Part shown: in pieces, positions 50,135 through 59,977 of the stretch
Layout of the letters: every line of letters begins with the position of its first letter
Numbering within the stretch: the first letter of the stretch is position 1
DNA from: Klebsiella phage N1M2
Strand: one strand, 5' to 3'
Sequence record: MN642089.1
Length of the DNA: 64,000 bases
Program-made: the position numbers and the translations under genes
The notes under the pieces: model-generated
Databases searched by the model: none
What the model was told of the DNA's origin: nothing
What the model saw: only the letters and a program-made list of their open reading frames with translations

Positions 50135-51869
50135 TAACAAGCCGCTACCACCCGGCCAAGGTCCCATCGCTCCTGGTAATGATCCTCAGATCAGGAACGA
50201 AGGTGATCTGAAAAGGGTTTGGTATTTGGATCAGATTTATAACCCTGATATCCACCCTGTTAAAGACATGATGAAATACGTAGTTCCTCTTGAAGGGGAA
50301 CTTGTCCATGATACTGAAAACCATCGTATCTTGGAAGTTTCACATGTCGATCGTTATGCGACCTGGAAGACTACCTTTGTAAACTATTTCCTGCTCCCTG
50401 AGAAAGATGAATCCGATTATGATCTCTTCCCTCATCACGAGTATGGATTCTTGCAAGGTGAGTTGGCGTTGGCTATTGATTATTCTGTACGTCCTCCTGT
50501 AGCACGTGTAGATAGTAATGCAGTAGCTCCTAATGCAGCTTATGGACTTCTGTATCTGGGTAGCATCATTGGTGAGAAAGGTAAAATCATTTCTTCCACC
50601 TATTCTGGACAAGATTTCATCAGTAACAAAATCCCTGTCTCTCCTGTTGTTTATGACAACTTGGAAAATAAGGTAGTTGTTGGTGCCGATAGTTTCTCTG
50701 TTCAGTTGAATGAAGCAGCTCTCCCTAATGGTACTCGTTGTACTCTGGTTTACTATGATACTGCCGGTCGTCCGATTCCACCAACCTACCCGGTAGTGGT
50801 TCAACACTGCGCGTATCTGAGAGATCACCAGTTGGATAAACGTTACGTTAAATCCATCGAACTGATTTCCCCATGGTTTACCAACAGCACCAAACCTAAC
50901 ACCATGTTCGTACCTGTTAACTTACCGCTTTCTGCAGTTGAGTTCAGAGCACGTGTACTTTATAGTAATGGTGATTCGGTAGAGATGCCGGTTAACTCCT
51001 TTAATGGCGATAATGGGTTTACTCTTATTGGTACTGATCAGTATAAACCAACTACTCCGGGTCAAGTTTCTGATGCACTGGTTCTTACCTATGCATTTAA
51101 GGAACATGAACAAGCATTGATCGCTCAGCCGGGTTCTCCTAATCACATGTCAGTAAGTTATGAGATTGTAGCGACACCTAGTCAGGGTGCTTATAGTCCT
51201 CGTATCTATACTTACCCGTATTGGGATCCAGCTGTTGGTTATAAACTCCGTCACTTCCTGACTGACTTAGATCGCAAGTATTGCCGTGATGTTACTGATA
51301 AAGTAACTCTGAATGAAGGCTCTCCTGTATTCGAAGGTCAGAAGTATGGTGAAGAACAACCGATGATCTTTAACTTGAATATGCGGGATGTATCTCCGGC
51401 TTACGAGCCATGGGCTTTCATCCAGTATACAACGATCACATTGTTCAACGCTTCAACAGCACCTGGTCGTAAATGGGATGTTCGCCATTCTTACAACAGA
51501 CCTGCTTTCCACAACATGAATCTGGAATTCGTTCCTCAGACTGGTGGGAATAGTCTTGGTAAGTTTGCTGATATCACTACTGATGCTGATTTCTTGGATA
51601 AGGGTTATTGGGCATTTGAACCAATCTATGATCCGCGTCAAGAAGTTAAAGCACCAACACCAACTCACTTTGATTTGGTTAAGGTTGATGGAACTGCTAT
51701 TACAGCTATCCCGATTGCTAGTTGGAAAAATCCTCCATTAGCAAGTCTTCCTATCAATGATGGTGAAACTCTTTATATACGTTGGGTGCGTCGTGACGCT
51801 ACCGGTGCTGAACTCCAACTTGGTGTTTCTGCAACCATGTGTAAGAAAGTAGCAGCATTGAGTAAATAA
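50127..51869 (+). CDS. hypothetical protein (580 aa), probable virion or tail-associated protein
   Basis: ATGTTTGA overlap with upstream gene; followed by a hairpin. Confidence 0.7.
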   Translation: MFDNKPLPPGQGPIAPGNDPQIRNEGDLKRVWYLDQIYNPDIHPVKDMMKYVVPLEGELVHDTENHRILEVSHVDRYATWKTTFVNYFLLPEKDESDYDLFPHHEYGFLQGELALAIDYSVRPPVARVDSNAVAPNAAYGLLYLGSIIGEKGKIISSTYSGQDFISNKIPVSPVVYDNLENKVVVGADSFSVQLNEAALPNGTRCTLVYYDTAGRPIPPTYPVVVQHCAYLRDHQLDKRYVKSIELISPWFTNSTKPNTMFVPVNLPLSAVEFRARVLYSNGDSVEMPVNSFNGDNGFTLIGTDQYKPTTPGQVSDALVLTYAFKEHEQALIAQPGSPNHMSVSYEIVATPSQGAYSPRIYTYPYWDPAVGYKLRHFLTDLDRKYCRDVTDKVTLNEGSPVFEGQKYGEEQPMIFNLNMRDVSPAYEPWAFIQYTTITLFNASTAPGRKWDVRHSYNRPAFHNMNLEFVPQTGGNSLGKFADITTDADFLDKGYWAFEPIYDPRQEVKAPTPTHFDLVKVDGTAITAIPIASWKNPPLASLPINDGETLYIRWVRRDATGAELQLGVSATMCKKVAALSK

Positions 51870-51876
51870 CATAAAC

Positions 51877-51908
51877 TAGCTATTCCACCCAACCGGGTGG
51901 AATAGCTA
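51877..51908. terminator. bidirectional hairpin TAGCTATTCCACCC-AACC-GGGTGGAATAGCTA
   Basis: 14-bp perfect stem between convergent genes. Confidence 0.75.
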
Positions 51909-51917
51909 TTATGCTGT

Positions 51918-54900
51918 TTAGTAATAACGACTACGGTTACCAAAACGACTTGCTTTAGAACGTTGTTCGATTAAACGTTTACTACGTTCTTGTTTAGCAT
52001 TCTCAATGATTTCGTCGATAGTAATTGTCTTACGGAGTTCTTTAGGTATCAACTCAGACAACTTACGGATTTCCATCTCGATACGGATAGCTAACGTATT
52101 GTTATCTGAACCTAACAGTTCTTTAGTTAGCAAGTTAATTCTTTCTCGTATCTTGGTGAACAGATCCAGTTGTGCTTTGTTATACTGAGGAGCAGAACCT
52201 TGATCTCTTAAAGAAGTGATCTCGATCATTGTTGCACCTTGTGGAATGCCATAAAGGGTTTTGTTATAACCCAGTTTGATAAACCAGTATGTCAACAACC
52301 ATGCAATTACCAAGTCATCATGACCTGAGGATTTGTGGTCAATACGACCATCCTTATCAACTTCAAGTCCAATCAGTTCATCGATCAAAAGTTTATATCT
52401 GATTACCGCACCTGTTAATGAGATTGCCTCATGAATGAACCCATACATTTGTCTACGAGTTTCTGGACCGGTGTGGAAACCAAATTTACCTTTGAATCTA
52501 AGATAGAATTCCTTAGTACGATGTTTGAAGTTCATCTCCATTACATCTCGGTATTCATTCTTATACTTAACTGGATCTTGGAAGATATCATTAAAGATTC
52601 TAGTGAATGGATCGATACCATAAGCCGGCAGTGTGATCAATAAACGTTCGATCATCATCGCAGCACGGTTTCGCTCAATAACTAACATACTGTTAGGTAT
52701 TCTTATCAGTAGTTCTTTAACAACGTCAGTAACATCATCAAGAAATGCCAGAGCATAACGACCAGTACCCACAACCTCACCTGACTTCATACGCCTGATA
52801 ACTAATGTACAAGCATCTCGGTCGTTGGCATCTGAGGTATCCATTCCGTAGAGTAGGAATTCTGATTCATCATGTTTATAAGCTTCTACTATTTCTTCAG
52901 GAATAAACCAGTCTACAAATAAACCAGTATCCCCAATCTCTTCATTTCGACAATGTTCAACTTTACTTTCTGCTAACTTCTCACGAGTAAAGTCATCGAA
53001 GAGTTTGTTCATCCCTTCTTCAGTCCACATCATCAACAAGTCGATCTTAGCTTTAGACCAAGAAAGACCAAGCTTATCCATTGTCTCCTTAACCCACGCA
53101 TGACCAAAGCCAAGTTGCAGGTGAGTAAACATCATACCCACTTTAGGATAAGTTGTTTTAACAGGAGAAGCTTTCATAATGCGTTTAACTAAATGAGTTT
53201 CAGAGAAGCTATCGAAGAAACTTTCACGCCACTCTGTAGAAGACATAAAGTCATCATGCATATAACGACCTTCCTCTTTAAGAACAGAGTTAGGTGTTGT
53301 GGCCTTTGCAGTAAAGTAAGGAATACCTTTTTCACGTGCTTCTTTTTGTGCAGTCAGGGTCGCAGGACCCGAACCGTTGATAATGTTCTCGATGTATTTC
53401 GTCCATGCAGGTTCGTCATACAACAGAACTTCAAAGGTTGAACCACGAGATACGTTCTCTGCACCATCTGCACCACCTGAAGGCACACGTACTTCAAAGG
53501 TGTTCTTTTTATCTTCACCAAAGGCTTGATAAGTTAATGCGTTACCAGCATCCTTATCTTTATAAGTCATGTTGGTTAGATATTCAGGTAAGCCAGCACG
53601 TATCTTCTTAAGCGCTTCAACAAACTGCATACGGTTAGCTGCAGCCAGAGTGATAAGACCAGTGCGGAAACCACGACCTAACAGGTACTGCATAATAAAT
53701 GCAAGTACCTGCATCCCGACTGTGTTGTGAGTAACAACAAAGTTATCAGTCACGTACAGGTGGTCTTTGTGAGCAACCTCGATACACTGACATTCAACAT
53801 CACGAACATGTTTAACATCATAGATTGCGAGTTTACTATTAAAGACTGCACCACGCAGGGCTTCCTCAGCACGCTTCAGTTTGCGATCAGTATGGAAGAG
53901 CAACCAAGGTTCACGATGACGGATGTTAACGCGGTAGGAAGCCCTACATTTCTTCTTAACACCATCTTTGATATATCCAGTGTCACGTTCTGTTATGGAG
54001 GCCAATCCACCCACTGAACGGATAAGGTATACCATATCCTCAGCTAACTGCTTGGAACTGGTATCGAAGGTAACGTGTTTCTTCTCACTGATAGTTCCGT
54101 CGGTATCCATCAAACCTTTGATGAGTAACAAACGTTGGGCGTGAGAACCTTCGAGGTATTCCTTAGGAATGAACTTCTCGTGAGAGAGTTTACCAAGGAG
54201 ACCCATCTCTTCGAGCATCTTACCGATGTAGCGTTTAGACTGGTCGCCCTTGTCACGATACTCGTATTTATCCAGAGGGTTGGTGCGTATTACGTTATAT
54301 TCCTTCCCACCCATACAGTCACTTAACTTGTGACCTTTAGGGAGACGACGATTAACGTAGTCAACAATATCCTGATCGATATTGGTAAATCCAATCAGGT
54401 CTTTGGTGAAACAACCATCACCAATTAAAGCACCAAGAACGTAAGGATCAATAACAAAGTCTTTGTGTTTAGTTTGCTCTGCATCTACCAGCGGAATGGA
54501 TAAACGGTTCTTAGCTTTGGAGAGTTCTTTCTGACGTTCGATAATCTCCAACGTAGTAAGAATACGCCATTTACCGGCATGGCCTTTACCAGCGTCCCAA
54601 ACCTTCCACAGATGTTCATCACTTGCTTCACAAGTACGACCATCAGCAAAGGTAAATTTATATACTGGTTTAATGCCCTGAGGATAAACACCAACAACGT
54701 TGGTAACCGACCCGTCGTGAGCAAATACCTTAGAACCAACTTCCATCTCACCCATTAACTTCCAACCATCAGGAGTTCTGATCTTGGAATCTAATGGCTG
54801 GGCCTTCCCAGATTGTCGAGGCATCAGGATGGTTGTAGGGATATGGTTAACGCAAGACCAGATGAAAGATATTACCGCACGGTTACCACGGAATCTACGC

Positions 54901-55328
54901 CCACCGATTTTAATAACCTCGCGAAGAATGTACCAGATGTTTTCGTTACATTCGTTCAAGATCATCATACGCTGTTCATCAGTCAGGTCTTCTGACCAAG
55001 GGTCGAGATCTTTAATGAGTGGGTTGTTAATTTGCAGAAGGAAGTAATAGTTCTTAATTCCCATCTGTCTGAATAGTTCTGCTGTACGTAAGAAACTCTT
55101 GTTAGTTGTTTCTGTATGAACACCAGCACCATAACGAGAAAAGTCTTTTAGGAATCTAACAGTTTTAAGAGTCCAAAGAGAATCTTCATGATAGTGAGCC
55201 ATGATACGTTCATCATGATCTTCTAATTTGTTACGTTCGTTTTTGTCATCCATCAGGTATTCTGGTAAAGCACCAGCTTTTATTCCCTGATGAGCTAAGA
55301 GCTTCTTAGCAAGTTCTAAATGTTCCAT
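51918..55328 (-). CDS. terminase large subunit containing an in-frame intein
   Basis: Walker A reconstituted as PRQSGK|T after intein removal; Walker B VLLYDE; nuclease-like LLYGMDTSDANDRDA; the 360-aa insert has intein and LAGLIDADG signatures. Confidence 0.8.
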   Translation of the reverse strand: MEHLELAKKLLAHQGIKAGALPEYLMDDKNERNKLEDHDERIMAHYHEDSLWTLKTVRFLKDFSRYGAGVHTETTNKSFLRTAELFRQMGIKNYYFLLQINNPLIKDLDPWSEDLTDEQRMMILNECNENIWYILREVIKIGGRRFRGNRAVISFIWSCVNHIPTTILMPRQSGKAQPLDSKIRTPDGWKLMGEMEVGSKVFAHDGSVTNVVGVYPQGIKPVYKFTFADGRTCEASDEHLWKVWDAGKGHAGKWRILTTLEIIERQKELSKAKNRLSIPLVDAEQTKHKDFVIDPYVLGALIGDGCFTKDLIGFTNIDQDIVDYVNRRLPKGHKLSDCMGGKEYNVIRTNPLDKYEYRDKGDQSKRYIGKMLEEMGLLGKLSHEKFIPKEYLEGSHAQRLLLIKGLMDTDGTISEKKHVTFDTSSKQLAEDMVYLIRSVGGLASITERDTGYIKDGVKKKCRASYRVNIRHREPWLLFHTDRKLKRAEEALRGAVFNSKLAIYDVKHVRDVECQCIEVAHKDHLYVTDNFVVTHNTVGMQVLAFIMQYLLGRGFRTGLITLAAANRMQFVEALKKIRAGLPEYLTNMTYKDKDAGNALTYQAFGEDKKNTFEVRVPSGGADGAENVSRGSTFEVLLYDEPAWTKYIENIINGSGPATLTAQKEAREKGIPYFTAKATTPNSVLKEEGRYMHDDFMSSTEWRESFFDSFSETHLVKRIMKASPVKTTYPKVGMMFTHLQLGFGHAWVKETMDKLGLSWSKAKIDLLMMWTEEGMNKLFDDFTREKLAESKVEHCRNEEIGDTGLFVDWFIPEEIVEAYKHDESEFLLYGMDTSDANDRDACTLVIRRMKSGEVVGTGRYALAFLDDVTDVVKELLIRIPNSMLVIERNRAAMMIERLLITLPAYGIDPFTRIFNDIFQDPVKYKNEYRDVMEMNFKHRTKEFYLRFKGKFGFHTGPETRRQMYGFIHEAISLTGAVIRYKLLIDELIGLEVDKDGRIDHKSSGHDDLVIAWLLTYWFIKLGYNKTLYGIPQGATMIEITSLRDQGSAPQYNKAQLDLFTKIRERINLLTKELLGSDNNTLAIRIEMEIRKLSELIPKELRKTITIDEIIENAKQERSKRLIEQRSKASRFGNRSRYY
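53724..54803 (-). mobile_element. intein (360 aa) with LAGLIDADG homing endonuclease, inserted in terminase P-loop
   Basis: Insert residues A176-N535 of the 1136-aa ORF; ends VVTHN followed by Thr (+1); two LAGLIDADG-type motifs LGALIGDGCF and LLIKGLMDTDGTI; block-B-like SDEHLW; starts with Ala, not Cys or Ser. Confidence 0.75.
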
Positions 55329-55414
55329 TTGATAAACTACCCCTTTAAATTGTAGAGGCCCGCATAGGCCCTTGCAGGCGCTTTAATTTACAAATGATAG
55401 TAAACAACAAAGAC

Positions 55415-55445
55415 CCCTACCCACTCCGAATAGGAGCAGGTAGGA
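55415..55445 (-). terminator. imperfect hairpin CCTACCCACTCC-GAATA-GGAGCAGGTAGG after tmk-like gene
   Basis: Hairpin of the same family just downstream of the stop at 55458 on the minus strand. Confidence 0.5.
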
Positions 55446-55457
55446 ATCTTTATAAGG

Positions 55458-56084
55458 TTATGCCAATTTAGCTTGTGCTTCTTTGATTAACCCAATAACT
55501 TCTTCAACAGGTGTAGCGGGTTTAATGGTAACGACAACAATGCGTCGATCCCCACCAGAGATAAGCTCAATTGCATCGAGATATTTCTGACGTTGGGTTG
55601 CAAAGTTAGTCGGATTCTGAAGCCAGATTTCTTTATTGTCTAGAACACGTGAACCATTGTTACAACGTTCCATGTAGGTTTCATAGTCAAGATCAATAAA
55701 GACCAGGATATCTGGAATAGCAGAATAGCCATAACTGTTGAGGATGGTTTCGTTCATTTTCAGAACGGTTGCTTGATCAGCTTCTTCCGAAGATTGGTAT
55801 ACCATTGAACTGACCACACAGCGATCAGAGATGATATCCCGACCTCTCGAAAGATAAGGGTGCTTGACTTTCTGGTTTGCTTCAACACGCTGAGCAATCA
55901 AAGCCATGATCTCATAAACCTTAGGTGCGTGGTTCTGAGTGATCATTTCTTTAACTTGTTTGGAGTGAAGTGTTTCTGTGAACGGTTCTCCAACATGACG
56001 TGCTTTAAATGCATATGCGAGTTGTTTAGCGAGTGTAGATTTACCAGAGAGATCGAGGCCCTCTAAAGCTATATCAAAAGACAT
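55458..56084 (-). CDS. tmk: thymidylate kinase-like dNMP kinase
   Basis: P-loop IALEGLDLSGKST resembling the TMK motif EGxDGxGKST; SDRCV (DR motif); 208 aa. Confidence 0.65.
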   Translation of the reverse strand: MSFDIALEGLDLSGKSTLAKQLAYAFKARHVGEPFTETLHSKQVKEMITQNHAPKVYEIMALIAQRVEANQKVKHPYLSRGRDIISDRCVVSSMVYQSSEEADQATVLKMNETILNSYGYSAIPDILVFIDLDYETYMERCNNGSRVLDNKEIWLQNPTNFATQRQKYLDAIELISGGDRRIVVVTIKPATPVEEVIGLIKEAQAKLA

Positions 56085-57550
56085 TACCGGTATTGCTCCA
56101 TAGTTAAAGTTCTTAGTACGATATACAACATCAAAGAGGTTCTGAGTGAAGTGATCTTGATATCAGTTTTGATACCTGTCATGGCTTTCACCAACTCATC
56201 ACCATTTTTTCTCAGTTTAAATAACAGGGCATTCGTAGACTTACTTGAAGTATACGCACCACGAATCTTAAAGAACACATTCTTAAGATCATTATGGCGA
56301 ATAGAGTTAGTCGCTAAATACTCAAATAAGTGAGTGGTGACATCGTCAACAAACTCACGATATTGTTCCCCTTTAGGATGAGAGTATTGAGATGGGAAAT
56401 CACGAATGATCATTTCCAACTTATCTTCATCGGTGCGTGGGATTGCTTTAGCTGCATAAGTTGCAAGTTCCTGTTTAAAGAAACTGTTCTTATCCACCAA
56501 CACAGTTCCGATATAGTTCTTATACCGGTTAACTTGTTTCTGAACATCTTTAATGTTCAGTTCGCCATCTAGTACAGCAAGACCTGAGTCTGTTTCTACT
56601 AGATCAACTGAGTCTTTGATTTCGTACAGAACCTTAGTGTAGTCATTGATAACACCTTTAAGGCGTGATTCCATATCGTTGACCATATACACTATTTTCT
56701 TATCATTATCCATCTTAGCAAAGGCATCAAAGTGAATACCTGTACGAGGATCGATAACGAACTCACCACGAGCACGGAAGAGATCAGTCCATGAACCATA
56801 GCGCTTAATATCAAACTTCAAGGAGAGCTTGTTATAGGCTGTTACAGCAACACTCGGTTTCACCAGATAACCGAAGTAGTGGTTCATGATCGATGTCATA
56901 ATGCGGTAGTGGAACAACATTACTAAATTGATCAAAGTGTCTTCTTTCAGATTACGAGGTAAACTTGAATTATAGACACGGTTCATCAGATAAACAATAG
57001 ACAGGTTAAAAGGTTCAGAAGAAACTTTAAAGTCTTTGTTAATCCATTTGGTTTTAATTAGTTCGTCACGTAACCTTACTTCATCAACATCGATGATATC
57101 ACGGAAGAAGGTAACACGGTCTGACGTTTTGAACAAGATACGGTGAGTGCCTAAATAAGGTGACCCAAAGAACTCTGTATGATCATTGTCTTTGGTAGCA
57201 AAACCATAAACAAATCTTTTCAGTGTTCTTGCCCAACGTTCATTAATAACCAGATCATCTACCAAGCCATCAAAGATATCTTTAACAGCATCATCACGAT
57301 TATAGTTAAAGTTAGGTTGTAGTGCTTCAAATCCAGCCATGTATTCTGGATTATTCAGATAGGACTCAAGCCCACCAAACTGATTTAGAGCTACTTCAGG
57401 ACCAAACAAGGTGAATGGTTGGTCTCGTTGTTCTAAACCCGCTAGTAGCTCTCTCAGCTCGTTATCTGATAGTGAATGTTCCATCATGTCTTCTTCTGAC
57501 TGAGGAACGTAACTTTGCCTTACCGCATAGGCTGTATTAGAGAGATTCAT
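56084..57550 (-). CDS. hypothetical protein (488 aa)
   Basis: ATGA overlap with downstream gene. Confidence 0.7.
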   Translation of the reverse strand: MNLSNTAYAVRQSYVPQSEEDMMEHSLSDNELRELLAGLEQRDQPFTLFGPEVALNQFGGLESYLNNPEYMAGFEALQPNFNYNRDDAVKDIFDGLVDDLVINERWARTLKRFVYGFATKDNDHTEFFGSPYLGTHRILFKTSDRVTFFRDIIDVDEVRLRDELIKTKWINKDFKVSSEPFNLSIVYLMNRVYNSSLPRNLKEDTLINLVMLFHYRIMTSIMNHYFGYLVKPSVAVTAYNKLSLKFDIKRYGSWTDLFRARGEFVIDPRTGIHFDAFAKMDNDKKIVYMVNDMESRLKGVINDYTKVLYEIKDSVDLVETDSGLAVLDGELNIKDVQKQVNRYKNYIGTVLVDKNSFFKQELATYAAKAIPRTDEDKLEMIIRDFPSQYSHPKGEQYREFVDDVTTHLFEYLATNSIRHNDLKNVFFKIRGAYTSSKSTNALLFKLRKNGDELVKAMTGIKTDIKITSLRTSLMLYIVLRTLTMEQYR

Positions 57551-58395
57551 TAACGTTTCCTTGGAACTGTCATCTTAATAGCATCAGACTTACCTTTCGG
57601 ATCAGCGTATGCGAGATATTTCTTAATCTCATTATTATAGAGATCTTTGAACTCTCTGTGTGCGTCTGCATAACCCTGGATGTCATCTTGAACATCCTCA
57701 ACAGTAACACCGAAACGAGATACTGCTTCTTGCATACCACGACGACAAGTTTTGTAGATATAAGCCTTTACACCTAACTCAACGAGTTCAGCAAACTTAT
57801 CATACATTCTTGGTGGGATTACAGAGAAGTGTTCATCATAGGACAAGATGACTTTAGCAATCATGTTAAACATAGCCGAACCAGCATCACGGATAATAAA
57901 TGAGTTATTACCTGTCATAGTGAAACTGGTGAAAGAACGTTGCACCTGTCCATCATCTAAACCATTAATTAAACGGTTAAGGCTGTTGTTCATCATACCA
58001 GAACCGCAAGCAGCATAGTTATTAAAGTTATAACCATTATTGATAGCTCTGTTGATGTTACCTGGATAAACTTCGAGTACAGATAGGATACGACGACCCC
58101 CTGTCATAAAGTCAGGTACGTTTACAGCTATGATACCGCCTGAAAGGTTTTCAATATGAGCCGCACTAAGATCAATGATCTCTGTTGTCCCACCTGCTAC
58201 GTTTAACAGGGGACCGACCATCTTCATGATAACCTTTTCACGGATACCTTGCTCAACAGTAAACTCGTCATTCACTGGAGACCAAATGCTACCATAACCG
58301 TTGTTTGGGTTATGAAACGCTAGTTTCAATAAATATTCAGATATGTCAGTAGGTCCATTAATAACGTACTCTACTGAAAAGTCAACTGGATTCAC
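57550..58395 (-). CDS. hypothetical protein (281 aa)
   Basis: ATGA overlap with downstream gene. Confidence 0.7.
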   Translation of the reverse strand: MNPVDFSVEYVINGPTDISEYLLKLAFHNPNNGYGSIWSPVNDEFTVEQGIREKVIMKMVGPLLNVAGGTTEIIDLSAAHIENLSGGIIAVNVPDFMTGGRRILSVLEVYPGNINRAINNGYNFNNYAACGSGMMNNSLNRLINGLDDGQVQRSFTSFTMTGNNSFIIRDAGSAMFNMIAKVILSYDEHFSVIPPRMYDKFAELVELGVKAYIYKTCRRGMQEAVSRFGVTVEDVQDDIQGYADAHREFKDLYNNEIKKYLAYADPKGKSDAIKMTVPRKR

Positions 58396-58521
58396 GTTTG
58401 AACCCTCCTAATCACTATTTCGAAATAGACCTTTATAAAAGGCATTGATCTCACTATTCAACCATCCTAGGTTCATAATAGAGAGAAGACGTCATATGAT
58501 TTAAAACTAAACAAACATAAA

Positions 58522-58552
58522 CCCCTACCCCTTCCTTTCGGAGGGAGTAGGG
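58522..58552. terminator. hairpin CCCCTACCCCTTCC-TTTC-GGAGGGAGTAGGG
   Basis: Same family, preceded by acaaacataaa as in other copies. Confidence 0.55.
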
Positions 58553-59500
58553 ATTAAATGCTTGGCTACATGGACACTCGAAAGGATAATCAATAATGTC
58601 AGGGTTGCAAATCCCGTCTCATTACAATTACCCAGACGGCTGTCTACGGTTGATGTCAACAACTTCCCCTTGGCATAGGGGCGGACCGTTTGCACTTGGC
58701 TTGGTACGCTATAATGCCATATAGTTACCTTCCAATTTCAGCGCTGTTGTCTCACCCTTGAACATCGGGTGGTCGCTCACGGTTAGGGCACGACTGTTCT
58801 ATGACGGTTCCACCAGTGCTGGAGACACTTAAATGGATACCCGTTTCGTCTAATTATTTATTGTCGCCAGACTCGTCAGATAGTACGACATACCCTCACC
58901 AAAGGGATTAGGTTGGTCCTCTGATATCGCATGAGTAACTATGTTACTCTCATAGGCTCTTTGAACATCAATGTTCAACCTTAAGTTATGCTTTCGTTCA
59001 GAAGGACCGATGGGATGTGTTCCCGCATCATCAACTCTCAAGCTCATCACAGTTTCTGCATATATAGCTAGGGTTTGTTCGACGCCAGAACACAAAGGGG
59101 TACAGCGTTCCCAACTTTTGATAGATATTGTTTTTTATGACCGCCCAGGATGGAGTTCGGGTTCTACCATCATCGATAACCCAATAGTCACGTATCGGGA
59201 GTGCATTCAGCTTATGCTACTGGACATTCTATCAAACGCGCTGCTATGTCGCCGAGGTTTACCAGGGCAACACCCACCAGAGGCTACTTACTATAGCGGA
59301 CTACCGCCGCCGTTCACACTCTGGGTTTTTAACTCGGCCTACATTGCCGAGTACTGCCTCCGTAATTTGTCTGCCCAGTGGGGCCGAACTCTACGGAGGT
59401 CTTACATCCCAATACCGTTGACTGGCAAACCCCTTCCAACCCCGGATCAACCGGCTCATTGGACCAGACTTACACTTCCCAACTTAACTGGGTTACTACA

Positions 59501-59577
59501 TGGTGGCCCTGACAGGACTTGAACCTGTGACCAGGCGATTATGAGTCACTTGCTCTAACCAGCTGAGCTACAGGACC
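59501..59577 (-). tRNA. tRNA-Met or tRNA-Ile2 (anticodon CAT)
   Basis: Manual cloverleaf: acceptor GGTCCTG/CAGGGCC, D-arm GCTC-AGCTGGTTA-GAGC, anticodon loop CTCATAA, T-arm ACAGG-TTCAAGT-CCTGT, encoded CCA; one A-C mismatch at 27-43. Confidence 0.8.
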
Positions 59578-59585
59578 ATTGCTTG

Positions 59586-59825
59586 TTATGCTTCTACTGC
59601 TTTCAGATGACGGTCAAGATCTTCGTAACCACCAACATACTGATCGTCAACTACGATCTGCGGAACAGTACGAACTGGACGACCGACGATTTCACCCAAT
59701 TTGGCGCCATCAATACCAGCTTCTACGATATTGATATATTCAACTTCAGCACCTTTGGAATCAGCCAGTGCTTTGGCGCGATCACACCAAGGGCAATTCG
59801 GTTTGCCGTAGATTACAACTTTCAT
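59586..59825 (-). CDS. glutaredoxin
   Basis: 79 aa; CPWC active site near the N-terminus; VPQIVVDDQYVGGYEDL typical of the Grx fold. Confidence 0.75.
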   Translation of the reverse strand: MKVVIYGKPNCPWCDRAKALADSKGAEVEYINIVEAGIDGAKLGEIVGRPVRTVPQIVVDDQYVGGYEDLDRHLKAVEA

Positions 59826-59977
59826 TTATTTTCCTAACTGATTGTAATATGAATAAAACTGAATATCCAAATGAGGAATTCAATAACTCCCCATCCGATA
59901 ACCCCACAGATGAGACCAGCTACTATCAAGGCCCCTGTCCAGGGCCCACTAGAATAAAACATGTGTATCCCTTAAAG

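Noticed and set aside
51918-55328. Whether the 1136-aa ORF is two fused genes (terminase plus a free-standing endonuclease)
   Set aside because: The reading frame is continuous. Excising residues 176-535 precisely regenerates the Walker A motif RQSGKT, and the insert ends in HN-Thr. An intein explains this better than a gene fusion.
58600-58640. Possible tmRNA, based on a minus-strand GACGGGATTTGC match to the tmRNA 5-prime region
   Set aside because: Only a 12-nt match. No tRNA-like 3-prime end (T-loop plus CCA) or tag reading frame is evident, and there is not enough room before the next gene. Kept only as a low-probability note within the structured-RNA finding.
58971-59522. 183-aa + strand ORF (and an overlapping 81-aa minus ORF) in the GC-rich block
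   Set aside because: Odd amino-acid composition (Pro/Leu/Ser/Arg-rich). No RBS. The frame runs 22 nt into tRNA-Met. It is more consistent with a non-coding structured region.
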